From the NCBI GenBank assembly GCA_041746255.1, contig JBGTHM010000067.1, positions 1-64,000 on the forward strand: a stretch of 64,000 nt of DNA. Direction: 5' to 3'. Shown piece after piece: positions 40,580 to 49,100 of the stretch. The stretch comes from Fibrobacteria bacterium (GTDB lineage: Bacteria; Fibrobacterota; Fibrobacteria; UBA11236). The notes under the pieces are model-generated. The model was not told the origin of the DNA, made no database searches, and saw only the letters and a program-made list of their open reading frames with translations. Both the position numbers and the translations under genes were made by a program. Each line of letters opens with the position of its first letter. Within the stretch, counting starts at the first letter, position 1.

Positions 40580-41608
40580 ATGGTCACATTTGCACCCTCT
40601 GCATGGCCTCCTGCACCCAGTTCCTTGGAAGCTGCGGAGCCGCGTTTCGATATTTCCATCGTGGTTCCCATGTACAATGAGGAAGAATCCATAGAACCCA
40701 TGTATCGGGCGATTACCGGCACCCTCGCCAGTATAAACCTAAAGGCCGAAATCATTTTCGTAGATGACGGAAGCAAAGACAACACTTTTAAGCGGGCCAA
40801 AGAATTGGCTGCCCAAGACGACCGGCTCCGGGTCATCAAATTCCGCAAGAATTACGGCCAAACCCCCGCCATGGCCGCCGGAATTGATCATGCCCGAGGC
40901 GAGGTTCTCATCACCATGGACGGCGACCTGCAGAACGACCCCCGCGATATCCAGGCCTTTTTGGAACAAATCGCTCTAGGCTACGATATCGTATGCGGCA
41001 TCCGGCAAAAACGCCAGGACAAACTGATATCCCGGAAAATCCCTTCCAAAATCGCCAACTGGTTAATCGGAAAAGTAACCGGCGTCCCTATCAAGGATAA
41101 TGGATGCTCGCTTAAGGCCTACCGAGCCGTGCTGATTAAAAAGGTGCCGCTGTATTCGGAAATGCATCGGTTCATACCCGCCATGGCTTCGTTGGCGGGC
41201 GCCCAAGTCACGCAAATTCCGGTCCGCCACCATGCCCGGCAATTCGGACAATCCAAATACGGTTTGTCCCGCACTTATCGGGTCTTGCTCGATTTATTGA
41301 CCATCAAAACCATTGTTGCTTATGTTGCCCGGCCCTTATACTGGTTTTCGCTTATGTCCTTGCTGGCTTTCGGACTCTCCGCCCTGGCCTTTTTCGCGGG
41401 TGTCGTGGAACTGTGGCAGGATCCATCTCATCCCAAAGTGGTAATGTTGGGACTCAGCCAGATTTTCGCCATGCTGGGGATTTCCCTGGTTTTTTCCGGC
41501 GTACTATGCGAAATGATTTATAAATTCGGCGATCTGAAAATAGAGGCATTGTCCAAGATCCGAGCGCAGCGGTTCGGCTTCGACAAGGAGGTAAAACATG
41601 GCGGATAG
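40580..41608 (+). CDS. GT2 polyprenyl-phosphate glycosyltransferase (ArnC/DPM1-like)
   Basis: SIVVPMYNEE, VDDGS, MDGDLQNDP, EMHRFIP, two C-terminal TM helices. Confidence 0.9.
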   Translation: MVTFAPSAWPPAPSSLEAAEPRFDISIVVPMYNEEESIEPMYRAITGTLASINLKAEIIFVDDGSKDNTFKRAKELAAQDDRLRVIKFRKNYGQTPAMAAGIDHARGEVLITMDGDLQNDPRDIQAFLEQIALGYDIVCGIRQKRQDKLISRKIPSKIANWLIGKVTGVPIKDNGCSLKAYRAVLIKKVPLYSEMHRFIPAMASLAGAQVTQIPVRHHARQFGQSKYGLSRTYRVLLDLLTIKTIVAYVARPLYWFSLMSLLAFGLSALAFFAGVVELWQDPSHPKVVMLGLSQIFAMLGISLVFSGVLCEMIYKFGDLKIEALSKIRAQRFGFDKEVKHGG

Positions 41609-42542
41609 GCCTTTCATTTCCGCGGTGATTCCCATCACGGATGGGCGGTACGATGGCATCGAAGAGGTCTATTATGCCTACAAAAAGGCGCTGAACGATC
41701 AGAGCCTCGACAGCGAATTCATCTATGTACTCGACGGAGCCTATCCCGAAATTTTCGCGCAGCTCAAAGCCTTGCGTGAAAACGGTGAAGACGTGAAAAT
41801 CATCAAGTTTGCCCAATGGTTCGGGGAGTCCGCGGCACTCTCCATGGGATTCGAAAATGCTTCCGGAGAGATTCTGCTTTCCCTTCCCGCCTATTATCAG
41901 GTCGAACCCGAAGAACTCGTGAAAGTGATTGAAGCCCTGGACGAGAACAGCGACATGATCATCGGCCGCCGCAATCCCCGCTCCGATTCAATAGTGAAAA
42001 GGGCGCAAACCTGGACCTTTCATTTTCTCCTAAGGCTCTTAACCCAATTCCCTTTCCGTGACCTGGGATGTAGCGTGCGCGCCATCAAGAAAAAGGTGAT
42101 GGAAGAGGTGCAGATATACGGCGACTTGCACCGCTTTCTGCCCGTATTAGCCTACCGGCAGGGTTTCCGGGTCAAGGAAATCGAACTGAAACAATCCCGA
42201 AAGAACAGCTCTCCCGTAATCTATGCGCCGGGCATCTACCTGCGGCGTCTGCTGGATATTCTCACTGTACTATTCGTGGTCAAGTTCACCAAAAAACCGC
42301 TGCGCTTCTTCGGACTTCTGGGTACTACGCTTTTCGGAATTGGAGCTCTAACGGGATTGGCATTACTCGTGCAAAGGGTGTTCTTCCACATGGCCCTGGC
42401 CGATAGGCCCATCATTCTGGTGCCCGCCCTGCTTTTGACCCTGGGTGTGCAATTTTTTGCCATCGGACTGATCGGAGAAATCCTGATATTTACCCATGCC
42501 AACCAAATGAAAGAATACACGGTCGAAGAAATCGTTAACTGA
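41598..42542 (+). CDS. GT2 ArnC-like glycosyltransferase (divergent; canonical DxD not evident)
   Basis: FGESAAL, DLGCS, YGDLHRFLP, KKPLRFFG, C-terminal TM helices; GGAGG RBS. Confidence 0.82.
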   Translation: MADRPFISAVIPITDGRYDGIEEVYYAYKKALNDQSLDSEFIYVLDGAYPEIFAQLKALRENGEDVKIIKFAQWFGESAALSMGFENASGEILLSLPAYYQVEPEELVKVIEALDENSDMIIGRRNPRSDSIVKRAQTWTFHFLLRLLTQFPFRDLGCSVRAIKKKVMEEVQIYGDLHRFLPVLAYRQGFRVKEIELKQSRKNSSPVIYAPGIYLRRLLDILTVLFVVKFTKKPLRFFGLLGTTLFGIGALTGLALLVQRVFFHMALADRPIILVPALLLTLGVQFFAIGLIGEILIFTHANQMKEYTVEEIVN

Positions 42543-42566
42543 ACGCACGCCAGGTCGAGACTCGCA

Positions 42567-44183
42567 TTGCCATACGAATTCACCATCCATCCGGAAATGA
42601 TAGCCCAGTTCGCCGCCTTTACCGGCGATTTCAACTCCATGCACTTGGACGAGGAAATCGCACGGAAGTCACGCTTTCGCGCACGAGTGGCGCATGGAAT
42701 GCTTTCCTTTTCCTTCCTCAGTTGCATTCAGCAGGATTTTCCGGAAAGTAAAGTCCGCTTTAAATCGTTGGAGGCGCGATTTTTAAAACCGGTTTTTCCC
42801 GGTGACCGCCTGAGCCTTCACTTCGATTACCCCGAGCCCGAAGCCGACACCCGAAAATTCACGGCGGTATGGTCCGCAATGCCCGGTGGGGACGTCCGTA
42901 TCAAAGCTTCCGGTACCTTCGCATTGACTGCACCCGCCAAGCAAGCCATCCCTGGACATGACGCCCCCAAATTGTTTCTCAAGGATCAGCCGGAAGAAGC
43001 GGCATTGACACTGAGCGACCTTGAAGGCCGGGAAGCCACGCTCGATTTCAAACTGGACTCTGCCTCCCTTTCAACCTTCTCTCACATACTGTCGGATCAA
43101 GCGGAGCCCTTTGCCCGATCCACTCCCTTATGTCCCAATCTGGCCGCTACCCTCTTGCTCTCTACCTTGGTCGGAATGCGTTTGCCGGGTCGCTTCGCCA
43201 CGTTCACGTCCTTCAAAATCGTCTTCGACCCTAATATCGAAGCCGACATACCCTATCGCCTTCACGGAGCCGTAAAGAAAGTCTTGCCGGCCAGTGAATC
43301 ATTGGAATTATCCATAGCCATTCATTCTGAAACGGGTGTGGCCTTCGCCGGCGGCAACGTAAAGAGCCTGATAAGCCCTCCTCCCCGCACCATGCCGGGA
43401 TGCGCCGATATCCTGGCCAATTACACCCATTTGGGACTGCGCGACAAGGTGGTGCTGATCACCGGCGCCAGCCGAGGCATAGGCGAAACTACCGGAAAAT
43501 TATTCGCCATGCATGGCGCTAAAGTGGTGGTGCATTATTTCAAAGGCAAAAAAGATGCCGAAGCCATTGTTAAGGATATTCGCGATAACGGTGGAAAGGC
43601 CATTTCTCTGGCTTGCGATATACGCAATGAAACGGATGTCGCATCCTTGGTTGCGGCTGTTTTGGAAAATTTCGGCTCCATCGATGTGCTGGTCAATAAT
43701 GCCGTCCGCGAGTTCCAACCCAAGAACCTGCTGGATCTCGAATGGAGCGATTATCTGGGAGAATTGGAAGTCTCGCTGAAAGGCATGCACAATTGCTGCC
43801 GTGAAATAATTCCCCATTTCAAAAAGCAAAAGTCCGGAAAAATCATCAACCTTTCCAGCCTGGTAGTGGACCATCCGGTTACGGGTCAGAACCAATACAT
43901 CACGGCGAAAAGCGCGGTGGTCGGTTATACACGCAGCCTCGCCACCGAATTGCTCAAGCATAACATTCAAGTCAACCTGGTAGCCCCCAACATGGCGGAA
44001 ACCGATTTGCTGTCATCCATCCCGGCCGAATTCGTCAAGCGCATTGGGCAGGAAAGAGCCTATGGACGTAATTTATCCCCTATGGAAGTGGCGTTGAGCA
44101 TTCTTTATTTGGCGTCGCCCTGGACGGACGGCATCACCGGGCAGAAAATTGTTCTGAATCTCGGAGAGCCGCCTTTTGCCTAA
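42567..44183 (+). CDS. MaoC-like (hot-dog) dehydratase fused to an SDR ketoreductase
   Basis: FAAFTGDFNSMH...RVAHGML, FLKPVFPGD (MaoC); TGASRGIG, LVNNA, YITAK (SDR). Confidence 0.88.
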   Translation: MPYEFTIHPEMIAQFAAFTGDFNSMHLDEEIARKSRFRARVAHGMLSFSFLSCIQQDFPESKVRFKSLEARFLKPVFPGDRLSLHFDYPEPEADTRKFTAVWSAMPGGDVRIKASGTFALTAPAKQAIPGHDAPKLFLKDQPEEAALTLSDLEGREATLDFKLDSASLSTFSHILSDQAEPFARSTPLCPNLAATLLLSTLVGMRLPGRFATFTSFKIVFDPNIEADIPYRLHGAVKKVLPASESLELSIAIHSETGVAFAGGNVKSLISPPPRTMPGCADILANYTHLGLRDKVVLITGASRGIGETTGKLFAMHGAKVVVHYFKGKKDAEAIVKDIRDNGGKAISLACDIRNETDVASLVAAVLENFGSIDVLVNNAVREFQPKNLLDLEWSDYLGELEVSLKGMHNCCREIIPHFKKQKSGKIINLSSLVVDHPVTGQNQYITAKSAVVGYTRSLATELLKHNIQVNLVAPNMAETDLLSSIPAEFVKRIGQERAYGRNLSPMEVALSILYLASPWTDGITGQKIVLNLGEPPFA

Positions 44184-44195
44184 AGCCACAAATCC

Positions 44196-45179
44196 ATGAC
44201 AATACCTCGATCCGCTGCGCTTGCGCTGAAACTCACCTTCAGCCTGGGTCTTTTGGTTGTCCTACTTTTACTCGTCGATATTGAGGAAGTTCGCCAGACT
44301 CTCAGCGAAGTTATTCCAATTTACATGGTTGGCGCTGTTTTCTTGGTCATGTGCGATAGACTTTTAGCTGCACTGCGAACCTTTCAATTGCTTAGATCGA
44401 CGGGTGTCAGCATTCGCTTCCGCGAAATGCTTCGACTAACCTGGATGTGCGATTTTCTAAGCATTTTTCTTCCGGGCAGCCTCGCCGGTGATGCGATGCG
44501 TATCTACGGAATCTCCAGGGGTTATACCTCCCTTGCACCCGCTATTTCCGTCATTGCTTTGGAGAGGTTATTCGGCATATTTACCTTGCTAAGCACCGCC
44601 GCCATTGGAGCGCTTCTGGGCTATATAACTGGGTTATTGAGCTTGGACCAATTTATCTCGATTTCCTTGATTTTTGGCGGTAGTACTGCACTTTTGGCGG
44701 TTGCCGCATTAATGGGTCCACGCATTCTGACCAGCCGTTTTTTCGAATTACATGCACTGCTTTTGAAATTCCGTTCTTTGCTCAATACCTTATTCGAATT
44801 CAGGTCGAAAAAAAGGACACTCACATACACTATTTTGATTTCTTTCGGAATGCAGGCTACACGCGCCCTTCTGGTAATGGTAATCGCCATTGGCGTCGGT
44901 ATCCATGTCGATGCGATATACTTCCTGATCATGGTTCCGATTGGCACCCTGATTACCATGGTTCCCATATCCGTAGGCGGCTGGGGTGTTCAGGAAGGAG
45001 CCTATGTCTTTCTTATGAAAACCGTAGGCGTACCCGGATCCCGGGCCTTCGTACTATCCGTGTTGACCACGTTCGCTGGAATCTTGGTCGCCTTGCCGGG
45101 CGCACTGATCTATTTAAAATTCGGTTTGAAGAAAAAGCTGCCTGAATTGGAAGGTGCGGACTGGGAAAAGCTTTCGTAG
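44196..45179 (+). CDS. Lysylphosphatidylglycerol synthase TM-domain (YbhN/UPF0104) flippase-like membrane protein
   Basis: FLPGSLAGDAMR, ERLFG, PISVGGWGVQEG. Confidence 0.85.
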   Translation: MTIPRSAALALKLTFSLGLLVVLLLLVDIEEVRQTLSEVIPIYMVGAVFLVMCDRLLAALRTFQLLRSTGVSIRFREMLRLTWMCDFLSIFLPGSLAGDAMRIYGISRGYTSLAPAISVIALERLFGIFTLLSTAAIGALLGYITGLLSLDQFISISLIFGGSTALLAVAALMGPRILTSRFFELHALLLKFRSLLNTLFEFRSKKRTLTYTILISFGMQATRALLVMVIAIGVGIHVDAIYFLIMVPIGTLITMVPISVGGWGVQEGAYVFLMKTVGVPGSRAFVLSVLTTFAGILVALPGALIYLKFGLKKKLPELEGADWEKLS

Positions 45180-45246
45180 CAAGTATGATTAGAAGCGCCC
45201 ATTTTACGAGTGGAACCGAGTAAAAAGCAGGCAAAAGTGGGAATAA

Positions 45247-45429
45247 TTCCTTCTGCTGACTCTTTCCCCTTGCCTTTACATCATTTATGACGTATTCGTA
45301 TTATCGTACGCCTTTACAAAAACTAGCGCTCGGGTTCCGGAAGACCAAATAAAAAAAGCCCTGAAATGCCGGGAAGATGTAATACGGCGGTTTAAAAAAG
45401 GAGAGGATTTGTATGATTCATTTCACTGA
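45247..45429 (+). pseudogene. 5'-truncated RelE/Gp49-type toxin remnant
   Basis: Open frame with no ATG: ...VFVLSYAFTKTSARVPEDQIKKALKCREDVIRRF...*, matching the C-terminus pattern of Gp49/HigB-like toxins (HAFxKKTxKxPxxEIxxA); overlaps the antitoxin start. Confidence 0.6.
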
Positions 45430-45841
45430 GCATCTTAAGGTGAAGCTCAAAGAGAAAAAATTCTCGGCGGCTTATGAAAAGGAACTCCATATAGTCCGGT
45501 TAGCTGTGGAAGTGGCACAGGCTAGGGAGCGGCAGGGATTGTCACAATCGGTATTAGCGGCCCGCGCTGAAATTACGCAGCAACAACTTTCAAAAGTGGA
45601 GAATGCCAAAGCCTGCAATGTGGAAACCCTATTGAAAATTGTCGACGCATTGGGAATGGAATTGACCTTGCGTCCCAGTAAGGCTGCTCGATCACATAAA
45701 CTTCTAAGGAAGCCGGGAAAGAGGCTGGGAGGACGAACACGCGGCAGTGATACCGCGAATGCAATTAGAAAGAATTCGCGAAAGAAGCCAACAGGTGTTT
45801 CAAAAAAGTCGGGGCATGGTCGGAGCGCGGTCGCGAAGTAA
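45413..45841 (+). CDS. XRE-family HTH protein (HigA-like antitoxin)
   Basis: ARERQGLSQSVLAARAEITQQQLSKVEN...TLLKIVDALG; AGGAGAGG RBS; basic low-complexity tail. Confidence 0.85.
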   Translation: MIHFTEHLKVKLKEKKFSAAYEKELHIVRLAVEVAQARERQGLSQSVLAARAEITQQQLSKVENAKACNVETLLKIVDALGMELTLRPSKAARSHKLLRKPGKRLGGRTRGSDTANAIRKNSRKKPTGVSKKSGHGRSAVAK

Positions 45842-45856
45842 TAAATACCCGTAGAA

Positions 45857-46567
45857 TTATTTTTTCACGGCCTTAATCCCCATAATCACGGGATAATACC
45901 CATCGTAACCGTCCAAGCAGGATTTGTCCTTTAAATCTTCCTGGCTCGCTCCCATAAGAAAAGCAACCGCCGCGGATAAATTACCGTAGCATTCAAAATA
46001 CTCCGGCTTCCCGAAAACCCCTTCAATCACCTTTTCCGCCGAACGTGGGGTGAAACGCCAGAAATCGCCCCATGCCTTGTCGTCATTAGGACTTATTTGG
46101 GATATACCTGCAACGGTGATGAGAGCGGTCCCTCCCGGCTTTAAAAGTTTATGAATCCCCTCTACGGCAGCCTTTAAATCGTAAATGAAATTCAAAGTCT
46201 GGGTACAGATAAAACAATCCGCGATTCCGGCTTGGGAGTCGGGAACTTGAGTTAAGTCGACAATGAGATTTGCGCCTTTAACCTCGGTTGTGGGTGCCAG
46301 AATGTATGTCTTATTAATCCTATCGCCCCCGAACCTGCGGATATAGGTATCTTCGGCAATTTCAATGGCGTCGCCCTTTACGGAAGCGCTTTGGGACTGT
46401 AGAAAGGATTCGATGTAATAGCGATCTATCGGGGTTCCCCTTTCCCGTCCGAATCTTCGGCTTATGGGTGTAATCGTCTCCAATCCCGTCAATGTCCATG
46501 GTTTGAACCGGCGGTAATATCTCCCCCTGGCTTTCCGAGCCCAATTTATCGCCCATTTGGTTAACAT
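45857..46567 (-). CDS. Class I SAM-dependent methyltransferase (polysaccharide-locus type)
   Basis: PISRRFGRERGTPIDRYYIE, DCFICTQTL, LKPGG, DFWRFT. Confidence 0.8.
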   Translation of the reverse strand: MLTKWAINWARKARGRYYRRFKPWTLTGLETITPISRRFGRERGTPIDRYYIESFLQSQSASVKGDAIEIAEDTYIRRFGGDRINKTYILAPTTEVKGANLIVDLTQVPDSQAGIADCFICTQTLNFIYDLKAAVEGIHKLLKPGGTALITVAGISQISPNDDKAWGDFWRFTPRSAEKVIEGVFGKPEYFECYGNLSAAVAFLMGASQEDLKDKSCLDGYDGYYPVIMGIKAVKK

Positions 46568-46594
46568 GTGAACCTCATTTTTCTTTCTGCGTAA

Positions 46595-47716
46595 CTAGAG
46601 CTGGTCATAAATTTGCGTGTAAGCCCGTGCGGTAGTTTTGATATCATAGGTTTTGCTGAGCTTGCGGGATTTTTCCGCCAAACCTGAGCGCAGATCAGCG
46701 TCTTCCAGCAAGCGGCCCCATTTTTCCGCTAAGTCGCCTGAATCTTGGGAGCGGAAAAAGAGCGCCGCAGATCCAGGGTCGAGCATGGCCTTCAGCCCTT
46801 CGCAATCGGAAGCCAGAATGGCTTTACCCGAAGCCATCGCCTCGCCTGCCGCAATCGACATTCCCTCGGAAAGCGAAGCCATGATAAAAACATCCAGCAC
46901 TTGCAATAAGCGGGGTACGTCGGTACGATGTCCAAGAAAACGAACTTGTCTCTCAATTCCAAGACTTAAAACCGAATCCTTCAACTCACCCAATAAGGGT
47001 CCGTCTCCAATGATGAGCAGCACGGAATCGGGAAAGCGATCCCGAATAGATGGCATGGCCTCCAGAATAAAACGATGCCCCTTTATCGGATCGAGTCTGC
47101 CAATGGCGCCTGATATTAAACTGGATTCGGATATACCCAGCTCCGCCTTCAGTGCAGTTAGGGCTGCGGGATCCAGCGTGGGAAAGTTTCCTAACGGAAC
47201 TCCATTGGGAATTACCTGGAGGTTTTCCGGCAACACGCTGCGACGAGCTACCATGAACCGTCGTACATTTTCCGATACTGCAATCGCTTGGCCATTGAGT
47301 GGGCTGAGCATGCTATCAGCCACCTTTTGATAAAGGGGAGAGGCATCCATAGCCATGTGTTCTTGCAAAACCACCGGAGTCCCGGTCAAGAAGCCTGCCA
47401 AGCGGCCGAAATTCCAGGATGCATAACCATGTAAATGCAGAATCCGAGGTTTTTCACGGCGAACTATCCGGATTAAACTGAATACCGTAAAAACGTTAAA
47501 TTTTCCGAGATTGAGACTGACAATGGAAATGTGTTTGGCGGACTCAGGAGGAGTCACTGGTAAATCACGCCGTAGCCCCACGATTTTAAATGCATAGCTT
47601 TCGCGGTCAATTTCGGGAAGGAGATAGAAAAGAATTTGTAAGGCTCCATGGATGGATGAGCCTCCCACACTAAACTTATCCATAATATGGATAATCAATT
47701 TTTTTTCTTGCCGCAT
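46595..47716 (-). CDS. GT4 glycosyltransferase
   Basis: HLHG, IPNGV, GRLDPIKGH, SLSEGMSIAAGEAMASG. Confidence 0.9.
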   Translation of the reverse strand: MRQEKKLIIHIMDKFSVGGSSIHGALQILFYLLPEIDRESYAFKIVGLRRDLPVTPPESAKHISIVSLNLGKFNVFTVFSLIRIVRREKPRILHLHGYASWNFGRLAGFLTGTPVVLQEHMAMDASPLYQKVADSMLSPLNGQAIAVSENVRRFMVARRSVLPENLQVIPNGVPLGNFPTLDPAALTALKAELGISESSLISGAIGRLDPIKGHRFILEAMPSIRDRFPDSVLLIIGDGPLLGELKDSVLSLGIERQVRFLGHRTDVPRLLQVLDVFIMASLSEGMSIAAGEAMASGKAILASDCEGLKAMLDPGSAALFFRSQDSGDLAEKWGRLLEDADLRSGLAEKSRKLSKTYDIKTTARAYTQIYDQL

Positions 47717-47744
47717 AAATTCAATTGCTTCTATTGCTTAAGCG

Positions 47745-48977
47745 TTATGGGGTTTCTGCAATTCTTATCTGGTATTTTTCGATTTCTTTATTTTTATTCC
47801 CGTACTCGCGAGAAGAAGAGAATTTCCGTTTCAATGTATGGGCAAAACCCTTACGATTTTTACCGGGTAACATGGTGAGGTACTCTTCCTGAGAACGAAG
47901 CATGAACTTGGGATAGTCTTTATCGGGGTGACAGGCAAACCCGCGCGTAGCGCCCAGGTGTAAAACCGCATAGCCAAGGGCTTTTGCCCGTACAGCCATG
48001 CGCTCCGAACCTATAAACCAGGGGTTACAGAAGTGTCGAACTACTTTTCCGGGCAAGCGGCTTTCAATACGGACTTTGGATTCGCGTAATTCGAAATCAA
48101 GAGCCGCGTCTCTCTGAGCAGGAGTTTCGTAACTATCCTGTAATTTATTTTTCCGGCTAAAATCGGTGCAAATTTGAAAGAGTCCTTTTTTCCAATCAGG
48201 CCTGGAGAAATAGTCAACTCCTCCATTTTCCGATACCCACTTCTCACAAGCCGCTCGCACCCGTAAATCATCGAAATACCGGGCTCTACCCGCGTAGCGT
48301 GACGCGGAAGCATAAATCGGATGACCCGCAATGTTTTCACGGCGGTCTCCTTCTTCGGTACCATCGCCGTAAAAGGGTATTTGGGAGTTTCCGAAATAAT
48401 AGATGCCGGATTCAATGCCGACAAAATCAATTATGCGTGGCGAAACACTAACCAATGGATGATAAAGACCGTGGGATTGAAAATCAATCACGCCGCTGTC
48501 GTGCATGTATTTGATTTGCGCCCAGGAGCATAAAGCCACCGTGGTTTTCTCGGCAGGCAAAGCGGCTTGCTGACGCGAGAGGTCCTTTTCTGTTAATGGC
48601 TGCCCCTCCTCTATCAATCCCGGTAAAATGAATGAAATCGCTTTGTACTCATATTTTTTGAGCAAAGGAAATGCGACATGCCATAGCGATATCAAGCCAT
48701 CGTCGAAAGTCAGAACGATTTCTTTTCCGTTATTCCGGTAAGCCGGATCCTGTAAACGGCTTTCCAACTCCGTGGCATCCAGAGTGATATAACCGTTTGA
48801 TTTCAAGAACGCAAGTTGCGCCTCAAAGTGGTCCGGCTCGACCGCATGGAAACAAAAGTTCGGAATATCCTCGAACCGGTTTTTCCCATAGATGAATTGC
48901 GGCATTTTCCCGGTCGCGAAAGCCTGGATCTCCGGAAAATTTTTTTTGAGACTTCGGCCGAGCTTTTGGAGTAACAT
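47745..48977 (-). CDS. Polysaccharide deacetylase (NodB/CE4-like) with a large insertion
   Basis: VLTFDDG, DFQSHGLYH, HFCNPW; start 48977 or 48995. Confidence 0.8.
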   Translation of the reverse strand: MLLQKLGRSLKKNFPEIQAFATGKMPQFIYGKNRFEDIPNFCFHAVEPDHFEAQLAFLKSNGYITLDATELESRLQDPAYRNNGKEIVLTFDDGLISLWHVAFPLLKKYEYKAISFILPGLIEEGQPLTEKDLSRQQAALPAEKTTVALCSWAQIKYMHDSGVIDFQSHGLYHPLVSVSPRIIDFVGIESGIYYFGNSQIPFYGDGTEEGDRRENIAGHPIYASASRYAGRARYFDDLRVRAACEKWVSENGGVDYFSRPDWKKGLFQICTDFSRKNKLQDSYETPAQRDAALDFELRESKVRIESRLPGKVVRHFCNPWFIGSERMAVRAKALGYAVLHLGATRGFACHPDKDYPKFMLRSQEEYLTMLPGKNRKGFAHTLKRKFSSSREYGNKNKEIEKYQIRIAETP

Positions 48978-49038
48978 TAGCCGAAAATATACCAAACGAT
49001 TTGGATTTCCCCGATTTCATCCCCTGGCCAACCCCCAA

Positions 49039-49067
49039 TTGGAAAGGGCTTGGAGATGAAGTAAAAT
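49039..49067 (+). promoter_or_regulatory. Candidate sigma70 promoter, copy 2 of a duplicated motif
   Basis: TTGGAA-N17-TAAAAT with the same flanking motif as 40512-40545. Confidence 0.6.
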
Positions 49068-49100
49068 TAACGGCGGTCTCCCTTAAGTACTCAAACAAAT

